The notes beneath the pieces were generated by a model, which was given only the letters and a program-made list of their open reading frames with translations, did no database searches and was not told where the DNA came from. From Candidatus Hydrogenedentota bacterium (GTDB lineage: Bacteria > Hydrogenedentota > Hydrogenedentia > Hydrogenedentales > SLHB01), in assembly GCA_045863295.1 (NCBI GenBank), contig BTWA01000011.1:32001-96000 (forward strand): a stretch of 64,000 bases of DNA, given 5' to 3'. How positions within the stretch are numbered: position 1 is the stretch's first letter; each line of letters opens with the position of its first letter. Both the position numbers and the translations under genes were made by a program. Positions 49,242 to 58,428 of the stretch are shown here, piece after piece.

Positions 49242-50399
49242 ATGAAACTTTTGTGTCTGTGCAGTGCGCTGGATATCGGCAAGCACTATGGGTGTACGCC
49301 GGCTTGGTGGCAATTTCTGAAGGGCATGTACGAACTGGGGCATGATGTAATAGCGATTCCGTATGCGGGAGCGGCATTCGAGTCGCCGTATTGGCGCGGG
49401 TATGCGAATCCGTGCGCCGTGGAGGGCCAGGCCTTCGCGACGGTGAAGAAGTGGTTTGGCGGGGGGGCGACTTCGGTGGAGGAAGGGGCCGGCGCGAAGG
49501 TCACCAAGGCCATGATCGAGGGTTGGGTCAAGCCGCGCTGGGAGAATCATCTGACGACGATTTTGGCGCGGGAAAAGAACGTCGATGCGGTGATCGTGTT
49601 CAACGTGCCGGCGAATCACTTTACGGGAATTCCGGGGCGGTTGCGTGCACGCTATGGCGTGCCTTTTTTTTATTATGACGGCGATGTGCCTGCGAGCCTG
49701 CCTCGATTCGGCGGGTTTTCGACGGGATTCAAGATCTATGAAGGGACAAATCTGGCCGAATACGACGGGTTTATGTGCAATTCCGAGGGCGGCGCGGAGG
49801 AATTGGCGGAGATGGGGGCGGTGCGGGTCAAGGCGGTGCATTGGGGCGTCGATCCTGAGTTGTACGCACGATTGCCTGTCGAGGAGGAGCGGGACGTTTT
49901 CTTTTACGGCATCGGCATGCAGTTTCGCGAAGACTGGATCCACGCCATGCTGACTCAGGCCAGCGAATCACTTGCGGACAAGTCGTTCTGCCTGGGCGGG
50001 ACGGGTTTTCCGGAAACCCTGGGCAAGGTCGTGCAAATTGGGAACGTGCCTTTCAATCAATTTCGATACGAATCCTGTCGCAGCCGCTTGAACCTGAATA
50101 TTGTGCGCGGGGCGCATGCTTCTGTCCTCGCCTCTTCCACGTCGCGGCCTTTCGAATTGTCGGCGATGTCGTGTTGCGTGATTACGAGTCCGTACGAGGG
50201 GGTTGAACGCTGGTTCGACATTGGCAACGAAATGATCATGGTCAACACACCTGACGAGGTGGTGGACGTGTATAGGTGCTTGCTGAACGACAACGCCGAA
50301 CGCCGCCGCATCGCCGAGGCCGCGCGGAAGCGTGTGATTGCGCAGCACACCCACCGTCACCGGGCTGAAGAAATCACGGCGTTTGTAATGGGCTTCTGA
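49242..50399 (+). CDS. Glycosyltransferase (CgeB/Glyco_trans_1_2-like)
   Basis: SRLNLNI, STSRPFELSAMSCCVIT, RRRIAEAARKRVIAQHTHRHRA. Confidence 0.85.
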   Translation: MKLLCLCSALDIGKHYGCTPAWWQFLKGMYELGHDVIAIPYAGAAFESPYWRGYANPCAVEGQAFATVKKWFGGGATSVEEGAGAKVTKAMIEGWVKPRWENHLTTILAREKNVDAVIVFNVPANHFTGIPGRLRARYGVPFFYYDGDVPASLPRFGGFSTGFKIYEGTNLAEYDGFMCNSEGGAEELAEMGAVRVKAVHWGVDPELYARLPVEEERDVFFYGIGMQFREDWIHAMLTQASESLADKSFCLGGTGFPETLGKVVQIGNVPFNQFRYESCRSRLNLNIVRGAHASVLASSTSRPFELSAMSCCVITSPYEGVERWFDIGNEMIMVNTPDEVVDVYRCLLNDNAERRRIAEAARKRVIAQHTHRHRAEEITAFVMGF

Positions 50400-50471
50400 A
50401 CTCTGTGTTGGCCGGTGTCCTTACCGCGTCCAAAAGTCTCCTCTCCGCCCCACACCACCCGGCGTCTCCTC

Positions 50472-50518
50472 TTGACAAGGGGATTGGCCCGCGCTAATAT
50501 TCATCCTAAAGGGTGAAT
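50472..50518 (+). promoter_or_regulatory. Sigma70 promoter with overlapping palindromic operator for the ArsR gene
   Basis: TTGACA(50472)-N17-TAATAT(50495); imperfect palindrome ATTCATCCTAAAGGGTGAAT at 50499-50518. Confidence 0.75.
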
Positions 50519-50879
50519 GTCTGTGGTTGTACAACTGGATGACACACTGAAGGCGTTGGCGGATCCGACGCGGCGGGCCATTTTGCAGCGGCTTTCGCAA
50601 GGCGAGGCGCGCGTGACGGAGGTTGCGCGGCCGTTTCCCATTTCGCTGAACTCGGTTTCCAAACACATCCGCATCCTGGAACGGGCGCATCTCGTGCGGC
50701 GGCGGCGCGAAGGCCGCGATCATTTCTTGTCGCTCGATCCGGCGCCGCTGGACGAGGCCGCACAGTGGATTGCCGCGCAACGGGCGTTGTGGACGCGGCG
50801 GCTGGATGCCTTGGAAGCGTTGCTGAACGCCGAAGACCGCGAGGCAGAGTTGCGAAAGGGAGCACGGCGTGGACGTTAG
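50517..50879 (+). CDS. ArsR/SmtB family transcriptional regulator
   Basis: LKALADPTRRAILQRL...VTEVARPFPISLNSVSKHIRILERAHLV.RRREGR. Confidence 0.93.
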   Translation: MSVVVQLDDTLKALADPTRRAILQRLSQGEARVTEVARPFPISLNSVSKHIRILERAHLVRRRREGRDHFLSLDPAPLDEAAQWIAAQRALWTRRLDALEALLNAEDREAELRKGARRGR

Positions 50880-50957
50880 GGGTGTATCCGATGGCATAGC
50901 GCACCTGTTCTTGTGTGAGGCGTAAAACTGTTTCTTACAATCCGGAGTGAATCTCTC

Positions 50958-51392
50958 ATGAGCCTTGAGCCCATCACGATTATTGTGCGGCGTCGCTTCA
51001 CGCAGTCCGCCGAACGCGTGTTCGATGCGTGGCTCGATCCCGCGAAGGCAAGGCAGTTTCTATTTGCGACGGAAACCGGAGTTATGGTGTGCGCGGAGAT
51101 TGATGCGCGTGTGGGCGGGTCTTTCACCTTTACGGATCGGCGCAACGGTAACGACGTGGCACATTTCGGCCACTACTTTGAAATTGATCGGCCACGGCGG
51201 CTGGTGTTTTCCGTGTGCGTGCCGGAATACTCCCATGAATACGATCGCGTGACCATTGAGATAGAAGCGCTCGACTCCGGATGCGAACTCACCCTCACCC
51301 ACGAGATGCGTCCAGAATGGAAAGATATGATCGAAGGCGTCACCGCGGGCTGGACGGGGATCCTGGAAGGGTTGGCGAAGGCGATTGCGTAG
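50958..51392 (+). CDS. SRPBCC/AHSA1 domain protein
   Basis: RRFTQSAERVFDAWLDP, DARVGG, EIDRPRRLVF, LTLTHE, GWTGILEGL. Confidence 0.9.
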   Translation: MSLEPITIIVRRRFTQSAERVFDAWLDPAKARQFLFATETGVMVCAEIDARVGGSFTFTDRRNGNDVAHFGHYFEIDRPRRLVFSVCVPEYSHEYDRVTIEIEALDSGCELTLTHEMRPEWKDMIEGVTAGWTGILEGLAKAIA

Positions 51393-51428
51393 TTGTCCCT
51401 GTGCCACCTTATAGTTCGCGACAGCGGA

Positions 51429-52025
51429 TTAGGAGGTGCGGCCAAGGCCCGGCCACGCCTGCATAGCCATGGCCGCGATGCGTTGCAGGTCCCTCCGGCT
51501 TGTGCCGCTGGTGGCTTGGACAGCGATGCCGTGGATAACGGTTTGGACGAATTTGGCGAGATCGGCCGCGGGGGTATCCGGCGGCAATTCGCCTTCCTTT
51601 TTGGCCTTGTCATAACGGCGGCGTAGCATGGTTTCCAATTCCTTGCGCTGGGTCTCTACTGCCGCGCGCAGTTCCGGCGAGGCGTCTTCGCAAGTCATTA
51701 GTCCCCTTACCACGAGGCATCCCTGCGGATTTCCGCGCGCGGAAATGGCCTCCGTGATTTCGCGCAATAGCCGTTCGGTGGCGGCACGGGCCGTGGGTTC
51801 TTCCATAGCCTCTTTCGCGAAGCCGCTGGGACCTTTGGCGTACCGATCCAGGGCCTTCATGAACAAGGCTTCCTTGTTCCCGAAGGCGGCGTAGAGGCTG
51901 GGACGGTTGATGCCCATGGCTTTTTGGAGATCGGCCAAGGTGGTGGCTTCAAAGCCTTTGCTCCAGAAGACGAGCAGGGCCTGATCGAGGGCCTTGTCGA
52001 TGTCGAATCCCCTTGGGCGGCCCAT
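51429..52025 (-). CDS. TetR/AcrR family regulator (ComR-like)
   Basis: MGRPRGFD..ALDQALLVFWSKGFEATTLADLQKAMGINRPSLYAAFGNKEALF; GCLVV. Confidence 0.93.
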   Translation of the reverse strand: MGRPRGFDIDKALDQALLVFWSKGFEATTLADLQKAMGINRPSLYAAFGNKEALFMKALDRYAKGPSGFAKEAMEEPTARAATERLLREITEAISARGNPQGCLVVRGLMTCEDASPELRAAVETQRKELETMLRRRYDKAKKEGELPPDTPAADLAKFVQTVIHGIAVQATSGTSRRDLQRIAAMAMQAWPGLGRTS

Positions 52026-52047
52026 GGGAATAGAATCCTCCTCAGTT

Positions 52048-52120
52048 TTGTCCTGATCGGTACAATACGATTTTGGCGTGGGAATTCCAAGCCTGAACGA
52101 TTTTGTACTCTTCGGTATAA
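52048..52120. promoter_or_regulatory. Two imperfect copies of a palindromic TetR operator
   Basis: TTGTCCTGATCGGTACAA (52048-52065) and TTGTACTCTTCGGTATAA (52103-52120), consensus TTGTACCGATCGGTACAA, between divergent TetR and SDR genes. Confidence 0.75.
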
Positions 52121-52143
52121 AAAACACGAAAAAGGAGGCTTTT

Positions 52144-52896
52144 ATGCCTGGCAAGTTGGATGGCAAGGTGGCGGTGGTGACGGGGGCTTCCAAAGGCATT
52201 GGCGCGGAAATCGCCAAGCAGTTGGCGGCGGACGGCGCGGCCGTGGTGGTGAATTATGCTTCGAGCAAGGAAGGGGCCGATCGTGTGGTGGCGGCGATTA
52301 CGCAGGCAGGTGGCAAGGCCGTTGCGGTGCAAGCCAACGTGGCCAAGAGCGATGACATTGCGCGGTTGTTCAAGGAAGCCAAGAATGCTTTTGGCCAGAT
52401 CGATATCCTGGTGAACAATGCGGGCGTTTACGAATTTTCACCGTTGGAGGCAATCACAGAAGACCATTTTCGCCGGCAGTTCGATCTCAATGTGCTGGGC
52501 CTGATCCTCGCCACGAAGGAGGCGGCGAGCCATTTCAATGGCGACGGCGGATCGGTCATCAACATCAGTTCGGTAGTGACGAGTCTGGCGCCGCCGAACA
52601 CCACGGTGTACAGCGCCACCAAGGGCGCGGTGGACGTGATTACCAAAGTGCTGGCACGGGAGTTGGGGCCCCGCAAGATTCGCGTGAATGCCATCAACCC
52701 CGGCATGGTGGAAACGGAAGGTGCGCACGCACAGGGCCTTGCCGAAGGTGAGTGGCGCAAGCAAATCGAGTCCACCACGCCCCTCGGGCGCATCGGCATG
52801 CCGGCGGACATCGCCCCGGCGGTGGCATTCTTGGCTTCGTCCGACGCGGCATGGCTCACGGGCGAGGTTATCAACATTAGTGGCGGTCTGAAATAA
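52144..52896 (+). CDS. SDR family oxidoreductase (glucose 1-dehydrogenase/FabG-like)
   Basis: AGGAGG RBS; TGASKGIG, NNAG, YSATK, IRVNAINPG. Confidence 0.93.
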   Translation: MPGKLDGKVAVVTGASKGIGAEIAKQLAADGAAVVVNYASSKEGADRVVAAITQAGGKAVAVQANVAKSDDIARLFKEAKNAFGQIDILVNNAGVYEFSPLEAITEDHFRRQFDLNVLGLILATKEAASHFNGDGGSVINISSVVTSLAPPNTTVYSATKGAVDVITKVLARELGPRKIRVNAINPGMVETEGAHAQGLAEGEWRKQIESTTPLGRIGMPADIAPAVAFLASSDAAWLTGEVINISGGLK

Positions 52897-52913
52897 AAGC
52901 GCTATACTGTCTC

Positions 52914-52949
52914 CACGGGCGGACGCGAATAGGATCGCGTCCGCCCGTG
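52914..52949. repeat. Perfect 15-bp-stem intergenic hairpin (REP-like)
   Basis: CACGGGCGGACGCGA-atagga-TCGCGTCCGCCCGTG; no U-tract. Confidence 0.7.
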
Positions 52950-52979
52950 TTGTATCTGCCATCAAACAAGGAGCCCCCC

Positions 52980-53942
52980 ATGAGCAAGTCCAAGGCAGGA
53001 AGCCCCGGCGTCGAACATACCACCCAATCGTTTCTGGAGGCCTTGGCGGCCGGCGGCGGGCCCCCGATGGAAACAATGGAACCGGCGGATGCCCGCAAGG
53101 TGTTGGAGGGCGCACAGGAAGGTACGACACCACCTGCTTGCGATGTGACGGAGAAGACCATTCAGGTGGACGGTGACGACGTTACATTGACGGTGGTGCG
53201 TCCGAAGGGCGCTTCCGGCATGCTTCCCGCGTTCATGTTCTTTCATGGCGGCGGCTGGGTCATTGGCGACTATCCGACGCACCAGCGGTTCATCCACGAT
53301 TTGGTGACATACTCCGGTTGCGTGGCGGTGTATGTGGATTACGCGCGGTCGCCGGAGGCGCGGTTCCCCATGGCACTGAACCAGTGCTACGGCGCGACGA
53401 AGTGGGTGGCGGCAAACGGCGCGGCGATCCAGGTGGACGGATCGAAGCTGGCGGTGGCGGGCAACAGCGCGGGCGGCAATCTGGCGGCGGCCACGGCGCT
53501 GAAGGCCAAGGCCGAAGGCGGCCCCAAGCTCGCGTTTCAACTGCTCTTTTGGCCGGTGACGGATGCGAATTTCGAAACGGAATCGTACAACCAGTTCGCC
53601 GAAGGTCATTTTCTCACGAAGAAGATGATGATCTGGTTCTGGGATCATTACTTGCCTGACAAGGCCGCGCGCAAAGACATCTACGCCGCGCCGCTGCAAG
53701 CGTTGCCCGACCAATTGAAGGGTCTCCCTCCCACGCTGATTCAGACCGCGCAGATGGACGTGCTGCGCGATGAAGGCAATGCCTATGGCGTGAAGCTGGA
53801 TGAGGCCGGCGTCGAAGTAACCATCGCGCAGTACAATGGATTGATCCACGACTACGGCCTTTTAAATGGCCTGAGCGAAATTCCGGCCGTGCAGGCGGCT
53901 TTGCGCCAAGGCGCGGCGGAATTGGCGCGGCATTTGAAGTAA
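52980..53942 (+). CDS. Alpha/beta hydrolase, HSL-family esterase
   Basis: HGGGW, GNSAGG, DVLRDEG, IHDY. Confidence 0.93.
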   Translation: MSKSKAGSPGVEHTTQSFLEALAAGGGPPMETMEPADARKVLEGAQEGTTPPACDVTEKTIQVDGDDVTLTVVRPKGASGMLPAFMFFHGGGWVIGDYPTHQRFIHDLVTYSGCVAVYVDYARSPEARFPMALNQCYGATKWVAANGAAIQVDGSKLAVAGNSAGGNLAAATALKAKAEGGPKLAFQLLFWPVTDANFETESYNQFAEGHFLTKKMMIWFWDHYLPDKAARKDIYAAPLQALPDQLKGLPPTLIQTAQMDVLRDEGNAYGVKLDEAGVEVTIAQYNGLIHDYGLLNGLSEIPAVQAALRQGAAELARHLK

Positions 53943-54156
53943 GCGGAACCACGTTGTAAGCGCTTGCGCATGACCTGCTTGCGCAATCCTACATTTTGGA
54001 AACCCCTCGTTTGAATCCGGGGGGTTTCCATTTCCCTTCATGCAAAATGCAACAAAGCGGACCCAATAGAAGAAACTGCTGTCCTCATCACTCAAATAGA
54101 CAGTAGTCATTCCGTAATTGCGTCGTGCCCCTTCTGCACCGCGCGGCATTTTCTTC

Positions 54157-54186
54157 TTGACATCGCCTACATCTGTAGGCTATAAG
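54157..54186 (+). promoter_or_regulatory. Sigma70 promoter with BlaI/MecI/CopY-type operator
   Basis: TTGACA(54157)-N18-TATAAG(54181); palindrome GCCTACA-TC-TGTAGGC (54165-54180) containing TACAnnTGTA in the spacer. Confidence 0.85.
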
Positions 54187-54218
54187 AAACACAAGTAAGC
54201 ACTACGGGAATCCGCATC

Positions 54219-54629
54219 ATGGCGCGCAAGAAATCTTCCAAACCCATCCCCCGGGTGTCCGAGGCCGAGTGGGACATCTTAAAACCCCTGTGGGACGATG
54301 GCCCCCTGGCTGCGCGGGACATCATTGCACGGCTGGACGGCAAGCGGGACTGGGCAGCGAAAACCGTCAAGACGATGTTGGCACGCCTTGTGGAAAAGGG
54401 CGTGATCGAATACGACCAGATTGGCAATTCCTATTTGTATCGCACGGTGTATACGCGCGACGAGATGACACGGGCCGCAATGGGATCATTCCTCGATCGC
54501 GTGTTTGACGGGGCGATGCGCCCCTTCCTGGCGCATTTCGCCGAGCATGTGTCCGACGATGAACTGAGACTCCTGCGGGCTGAACTCAAGCGAATCGAAC
54601 GGGTGAAGCAGGAGGATTCGGAGGGGTAA
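54219..54629 (+). CDS. BlaI/MecI/CopY family repressor
   Basis: SEAEWDILKPLW..GPLAARDI.......WAAKTVKTMLARLVEKG...YLY...FLDRVFDG. Confidence 0.95.
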   Translation: MARKKSSKPIPRVSEAEWDILKPLWDDGPLAARDIIARLDGKRDWAAKTVKTMLARLVEKGVIEYDQIGNSYLYRTVYTRDEMTRAAMGSFLDRVFDGAMRPFLAHFAEHVSDDELRLLRAELKRIERVKQEDSEG

Positions 54630-54631
54630 CC

Positions 54632-57235
54632 ATGGGTGCGTGGTGGATGCCGGCCTCGACCCTGTGGGCGGACTGGATGATCCAGATGGCCTGGCAGGTG
54701 GCGGTGTTGGCCGTGGCGGTGCTGTTGATTTCGCGGTTCGCGCCGCGATCGAGTGCGGCCTTTCGTTACGCCCTTTGGGCGCTCGTCTTCATCAAGCTGA
54801 TCATTCCGCCGGGTATAGCCGCGCCGTGGTCGTTGGGCACGGCCGCCAATCATCTGGCCGAGACAACCCTGCCGACGTACACCGCGGAAGAACCGTTGCG
54901 CATCGCGGACTGGGAACTGAGGCCCGCGCCTGAAACACCGCAGATCGCCAGCGTCGAATCGGTCGAGCAGCACCCTATCACACCCCAATCGGTCCGGTGG
55001 TCGATTGCGTCCATCGCGTTCACGGTATGGGGCGCTGTCGCCTTGATGATGTTTGCATCGCTGTGCGTGCAATACGTGCGCTACCGTCGGCGCATCCTGC
55101 GATACGGAACACCGGTGTCCCAACCGGTGATGGCTGTGGTGTCCGACTGCAAATCCATCCTGGGGGTGCGGCGCGCGGTGCGCGTATTTGAAAGCGAGAC
55201 CGTATCGACGCCGTATGTCTTCGGGGTCTTCTCCCCCATCATTCTTTTGCCGCGAGGCACGGAAGGTAAGTATGGCGCCGCGCATCTTCGAAACATTCTG
55301 CTGCACGAACTAAGCCACATACGCCGGCACGACATTCCCATGAACTGGGGCATGGCGGTGCTGGTCTGCCTGTACTGGTTTCACCCGGCGGTCTGGCTGG
55401 CGTACCGGTACATCGGGAGGGAACGGGAAATGGCTTGCGACGATTTGGTGCTTCAACACACACAAGACAACGCGAAGACCTACGCGGAAACGATCGTGGA
55501 GGTGGCGTCGGAATACCGCAAACCGGCGGTGGCGGCGGTGGGCTTCGTAGGCCTGTTGGAACTGGCGGATAACATGCTCGCCCGAGTGCGGTCGGTGGGC
55601 GATGCCACGCGCACACGGCGGGCGGGCTGGCGCGCGGCGCTGTTCGTGGGTTTTGTGACCGTGCTCATTATGCCCATGGCGGTGTGGACACCGACGGCCT
55701 TTTCGGCCGACACGCCGCCGGATATAGACCCGGTGATGGAGTCGGCTGAGCGGGAAATTTCCGCGCACTATGCGAAGGCCGATCCAGAAGTGCAGGAGTA
55801 CATTCGTTGGACGGCGAAGACCTTTGGGCGCAACGGGCTTTGGCTGCCTGCGGAATACTTTGATGAGATGAGCGGTGTCGAGCGTGCGGAGAAGGTGGAT
55901 TACCTTGCGCGCGCGCTTGACGGCGAGTACGGCCGGCATCTGTGCGACGCCTTGAACCAGGCGGGCGTGCTGGCGGATCCAAAATTGCTGCCCGGTGTGC
56001 TCAAGGCGGCCACGTATCACCGCGACGATGCCGACTACGATTGCCGGCCCAAGTGGATGGCTGTGGCGGCGGTGGGCCGCATAGGCCAGATTTCCGCCGT
56101 GCCTGATCTGGTGCCGCTGGTGGACCATGGTAACCAGAACACGCGCATGTGGGCGCGGGCTTCGCTCGCGCGGTTGACGGGCGAGTATTTCGGCGAGGAC
56201 AAGAAGGCGTGGGCGGATTGGTGGAATGCGTCGCACGACCCCAAGATCAGCGAAGACGCCATTAAACCGTGGCAGCCTCCGGCGGTCGTGGAACCGGCTA
56301 AGGCCGAAGCGCCGTCTCCGAAGCAATCGGCCGCAGAGGTGACGATTACACTTACGGTCGATCCATCCACCACCGATAGTCCGGTGCGGATCCAGATTGG
56401 TGAACTCGCGGTGCCTGATGTGCGGTCGCTCGCGGACGAAATTGCGAAAGTCCGAGAAAAGGGCGACGGAATGGTAATCATCCGGGCCGATCGCGAGGTG
56501 CCCGTTGAAACGGTGACCGAAGTGATGGATGCGTTGAAGGCCGCGGGGGTTTCCAACGTCAGCATTGCAACCGCGGTGACGAACGCGTCCCCTGAAATTG
56601 TATCGGTTGTTCCGGCGATTGGCGCGACGGAAGTGGATCCTGCGACGACTGAGATCCGCGTCACGTTTGACCAAGACATGGCGAAGGGATATTCGTGGAC
56701 CGGCGGCGGCGATGCCTATCCCAACGCGCACGGAAAGCCATCGTGGGTCGACGCGAGAACATGCGTGTTGTCAGTACAACTGGAGTCCGGCAAGTACTAT
56801 CGCGTAGGCATCAATTCTAAGAGTCACAAAGGCTTTCAAGGGATCAACGGCGTGCCCGCGCGCAACCGGGTGATCTATTTTGTTACCGCGGGCGCGAGCG
56901 AAGACGTGAAGGCCATGGCCGCGGCGCCTCAGGTGATAACGATGGTGCCCGCCTGTGGGGCAACGGATGTGCCAGCGGCGACAACGACCTTAGTAGTGAC
57001 CTTTGACCGGCCCATGGGGGGCGGCTTTTCCTGGGTTCGGCTGGATGGCGTGCAGCCGGAGTTTCAAGGGCAACCCACATGGAATGAAGACCGGACGGTG
57101 GCGACGGCGCCGGTGTCACTGAAGCCTGGCGTCACTTATACTCTCGGATTGAATTCGCCACACGTCATTAATTTCCAAAGCGCCGCCGGGGTGCCGCTGG
57201 AGCCGGTGGTGTGGTCATTTACGACCGCAAAGTGA
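54632..57235 (+). CDS. M56 (BlaR1-type) metallopeptidase/antirepressor with HEAT, ExbD-like and two Ig-like domains
   Basis: RYALWAL, HELSHIRRHD, YWFHPAVW, EREMACDD; then HEAT-like 'AVPDLVPLVDH...RMWARASL', ExbD-like 'VIIRADREVPVETVTEVMDALKAAGVSNVSI', and two 'PxIVSxxPxxGATxV....xxVTFDxxM' repeats. Confidence 0.88.
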   Translation: MGAWWMPASTLWADWMIQMAWQVAVLAVAVLLISRFAPRSSAAFRYALWALVFIKLIIPPGIAAPWSLGTAANHLAETTLPTYTAEEPLRIADWELRPAPETPQIASVESVEQHPITPQSVRWSIASIAFTVWGAVALMMFASLCVQYVRYRRRILRYGTPVSQPVMAVVSDCKSILGVRRAVRVFESETVSTPYVFGVFSPIILLPRGTEGKYGAAHLRNILLHELSHIRRHDIPMNWGMAVLVCLYWFHPAVWLAYRYIGREREMACDDLVLQHTQDNAKTYAETIVEVASEYRKPAVAAVGFVGLLELADNMLARVRSVGDATRTRRAGWRAALFVGFVTVLIMPMAVWTPTAFSADTPPDIDPVMESAEREISAHYAKADPEVQEYIRWTAKTFGRNGLWLPAEYFDEMSGVERAEKVDYLARALDGEYGRHLCDALNQAGVLADPKLLPGVLKAATYHRDDADYDCRPKWMAVAAVGRIGQISAVPDLVPLVDHGNQNTRMWARASLARLTGEYFGEDKKAWADWWNASHDPKISEDAIKPWQPPAVVEPAKAEAPSPKQSAAEVTITLTVDPSTTDSPVRIQIGELAVPDVRSLADEIAKVREKGDGMVIIRADREVPVETVTEVMDALKAAGVSNVSIATAVTNASPEIVSVVPAIGATEVDPATTEIRVTFDQDMAKGYSWTGGGDAYPNAHGKPSWVDARTCVLSVQLESGKYYRVGINSKSHKGFQGINGVPARNRVIYFVTAGASEDVKAMAAAPQVITMVPACGATDVPAATTTLVVTFDRPMGGGFSWVRLDGVQPEFQGQPTWNEDRTVATAPVSLKPGVTYTLGLNSPHVINFQSAAGVPLEPVVWSFTTAK

Positions 57236-57252
57236 CGTATCGCTTTCATGTG

Positions 57253-57289
57253 CGGCCGGGGCCCTTGGGGTTCCGGCTGTTGTTTTTTT
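57253..57289 (+). terminator. Rho-independent terminator
   Basis: CGGCCGGGGCCC/GGGTTCCGGCTG stem (with G-U pairs) followed by TTGTTTTTTT. Confidence 0.75.
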
Positions 57290-57354
57290 GCCGATTGCGC
57301 GGAGGCAATCCCTTGGCATGTGTGGTATGCTGCTGAAAAAGGGAAATCATTGCC

Positions 57355-58428
57355 ATGCGAAATCTGCTATTGGCGTTTTTCTTGATGCCGGCGGTCCTGT
57401 GGGCGGGTGCGGACGACTTCGCCCGTGTGAGGCGCGCGGTTTGCCAGGGCGTCTACTATCCGCCGACGCCGGAGGCGCTTTCAGCGGCGGTTCGTCAGTA
57501 TTTGAGCGAAGCCGAGGTTATCGATCTTCCGGGGCCGGTGGTGGGCTGCATTGTACCATTTGCAAGCTACCCGTACAGCGCGACGGTAGCGGCCCATGCG
57601 TTCAAGCCGCTTCAGAAGGGGCAGTACAAGCGGGTGATCGTGATTGCGCCTTCGATGTATGCGACGTATGACAATTGTTCCATACCGCTTGTGCGGTACT
57701 ACCAGACGCTGTTGGGAAATATCGAGTTGGACGGGCCGGCGGTGCGCGACCTGATCATGTCGGCTTATTTTGAAGAGCGGTCGGTGATTTACAATGCGTC
57801 GGTGTATCGCAGCGTGGAGACGCAACGCGTGGCGTTGCACGAGCGGGAGTGGGCGTCGGAGTCGATATTGCCCTTTTTGCAGGAGCAGTTGGGTACGTTC
57901 CATCTGGTTCCGATTGTAGTAGGCGATGTGTACAAAGACGGCGCTATCGACATGCGGCGCGTGGATGAGATAGCGCGCGAGTTGCGGACGATCATGGACG
58001 AATCGACGTTGGTCGTGGCTGCCTGCAATTTCACGCAGTACGGAGACATTTACAATTTCGCGCCTTTCCGTGAGAACATCAAGCAGAAGATCGGCGAATT
58101 GGACATGGCTGCGTTCGAATACGTCACGAACCGGAATCCGGCGGGATTTGTGTCGTATGTGGATCAATCCGACAACAATTTTCTTGGCCGCGCGGTGGTG
58201 GCCATTTTTTTGCGCGCGATATCGCCCAGCGCGCGCGGCGTGCTGCTAAGTTACAACACCTCGGCCAATGTATCCGGCAAGACGGATGCCTCGACGAGTT
58301 ATGCGGCATTCGCGTTCTTCGATCCTACGCGTCCGATGCCAGCGAAGCCGGCGGCGACCGCTTCCGGCACGAAGGTTGAGGAGACAGCCCAGGATGCCCC
58401 CTCGAACGATTCCGTTGGAGCGCAGTGA
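57355..58428 (+). CDS. AmmeMemoRadiSam protein B / MEMO1-like protein with signal peptide, degenerate active site
   Basis: VRRAVCQGVYYP, IVPFASYPYSATVAAHAF, YQTLLGNIELD, LPFLQ, VPIVVG, SYNTSANVSG...SYAAFAF. Confidence 0.82.
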   Translation: MRNLLLAFFLMPAVLWAGADDFARVRRAVCQGVYYPPTPEALSAAVRQYLSEAEVIDLPGPVVGCIVPFASYPYSATVAAHAFKPLQKGQYKRVIVIAPSMYATYDNCSIPLVRYYQTLLGNIELDGPAVRDLIMSAYFEERSVIYNASVYRSVETQRVALHEREWASESILPFLQEQLGTFHLVPIVVGDVYKDGAIDMRRVDEIARELRTIMDESTLVVAACNFTQYGDIYNFAPFRENIKQKIGELDMAAFEYVTNRNPAGFVSYVDQSDNNFLGRAVVAIFLRAISPSARGVLLSYNTSANVSGKTDASTSYAAFAFFDPTRPMPAKPAATASGTKVEETAQDAPSNDSVGAQ

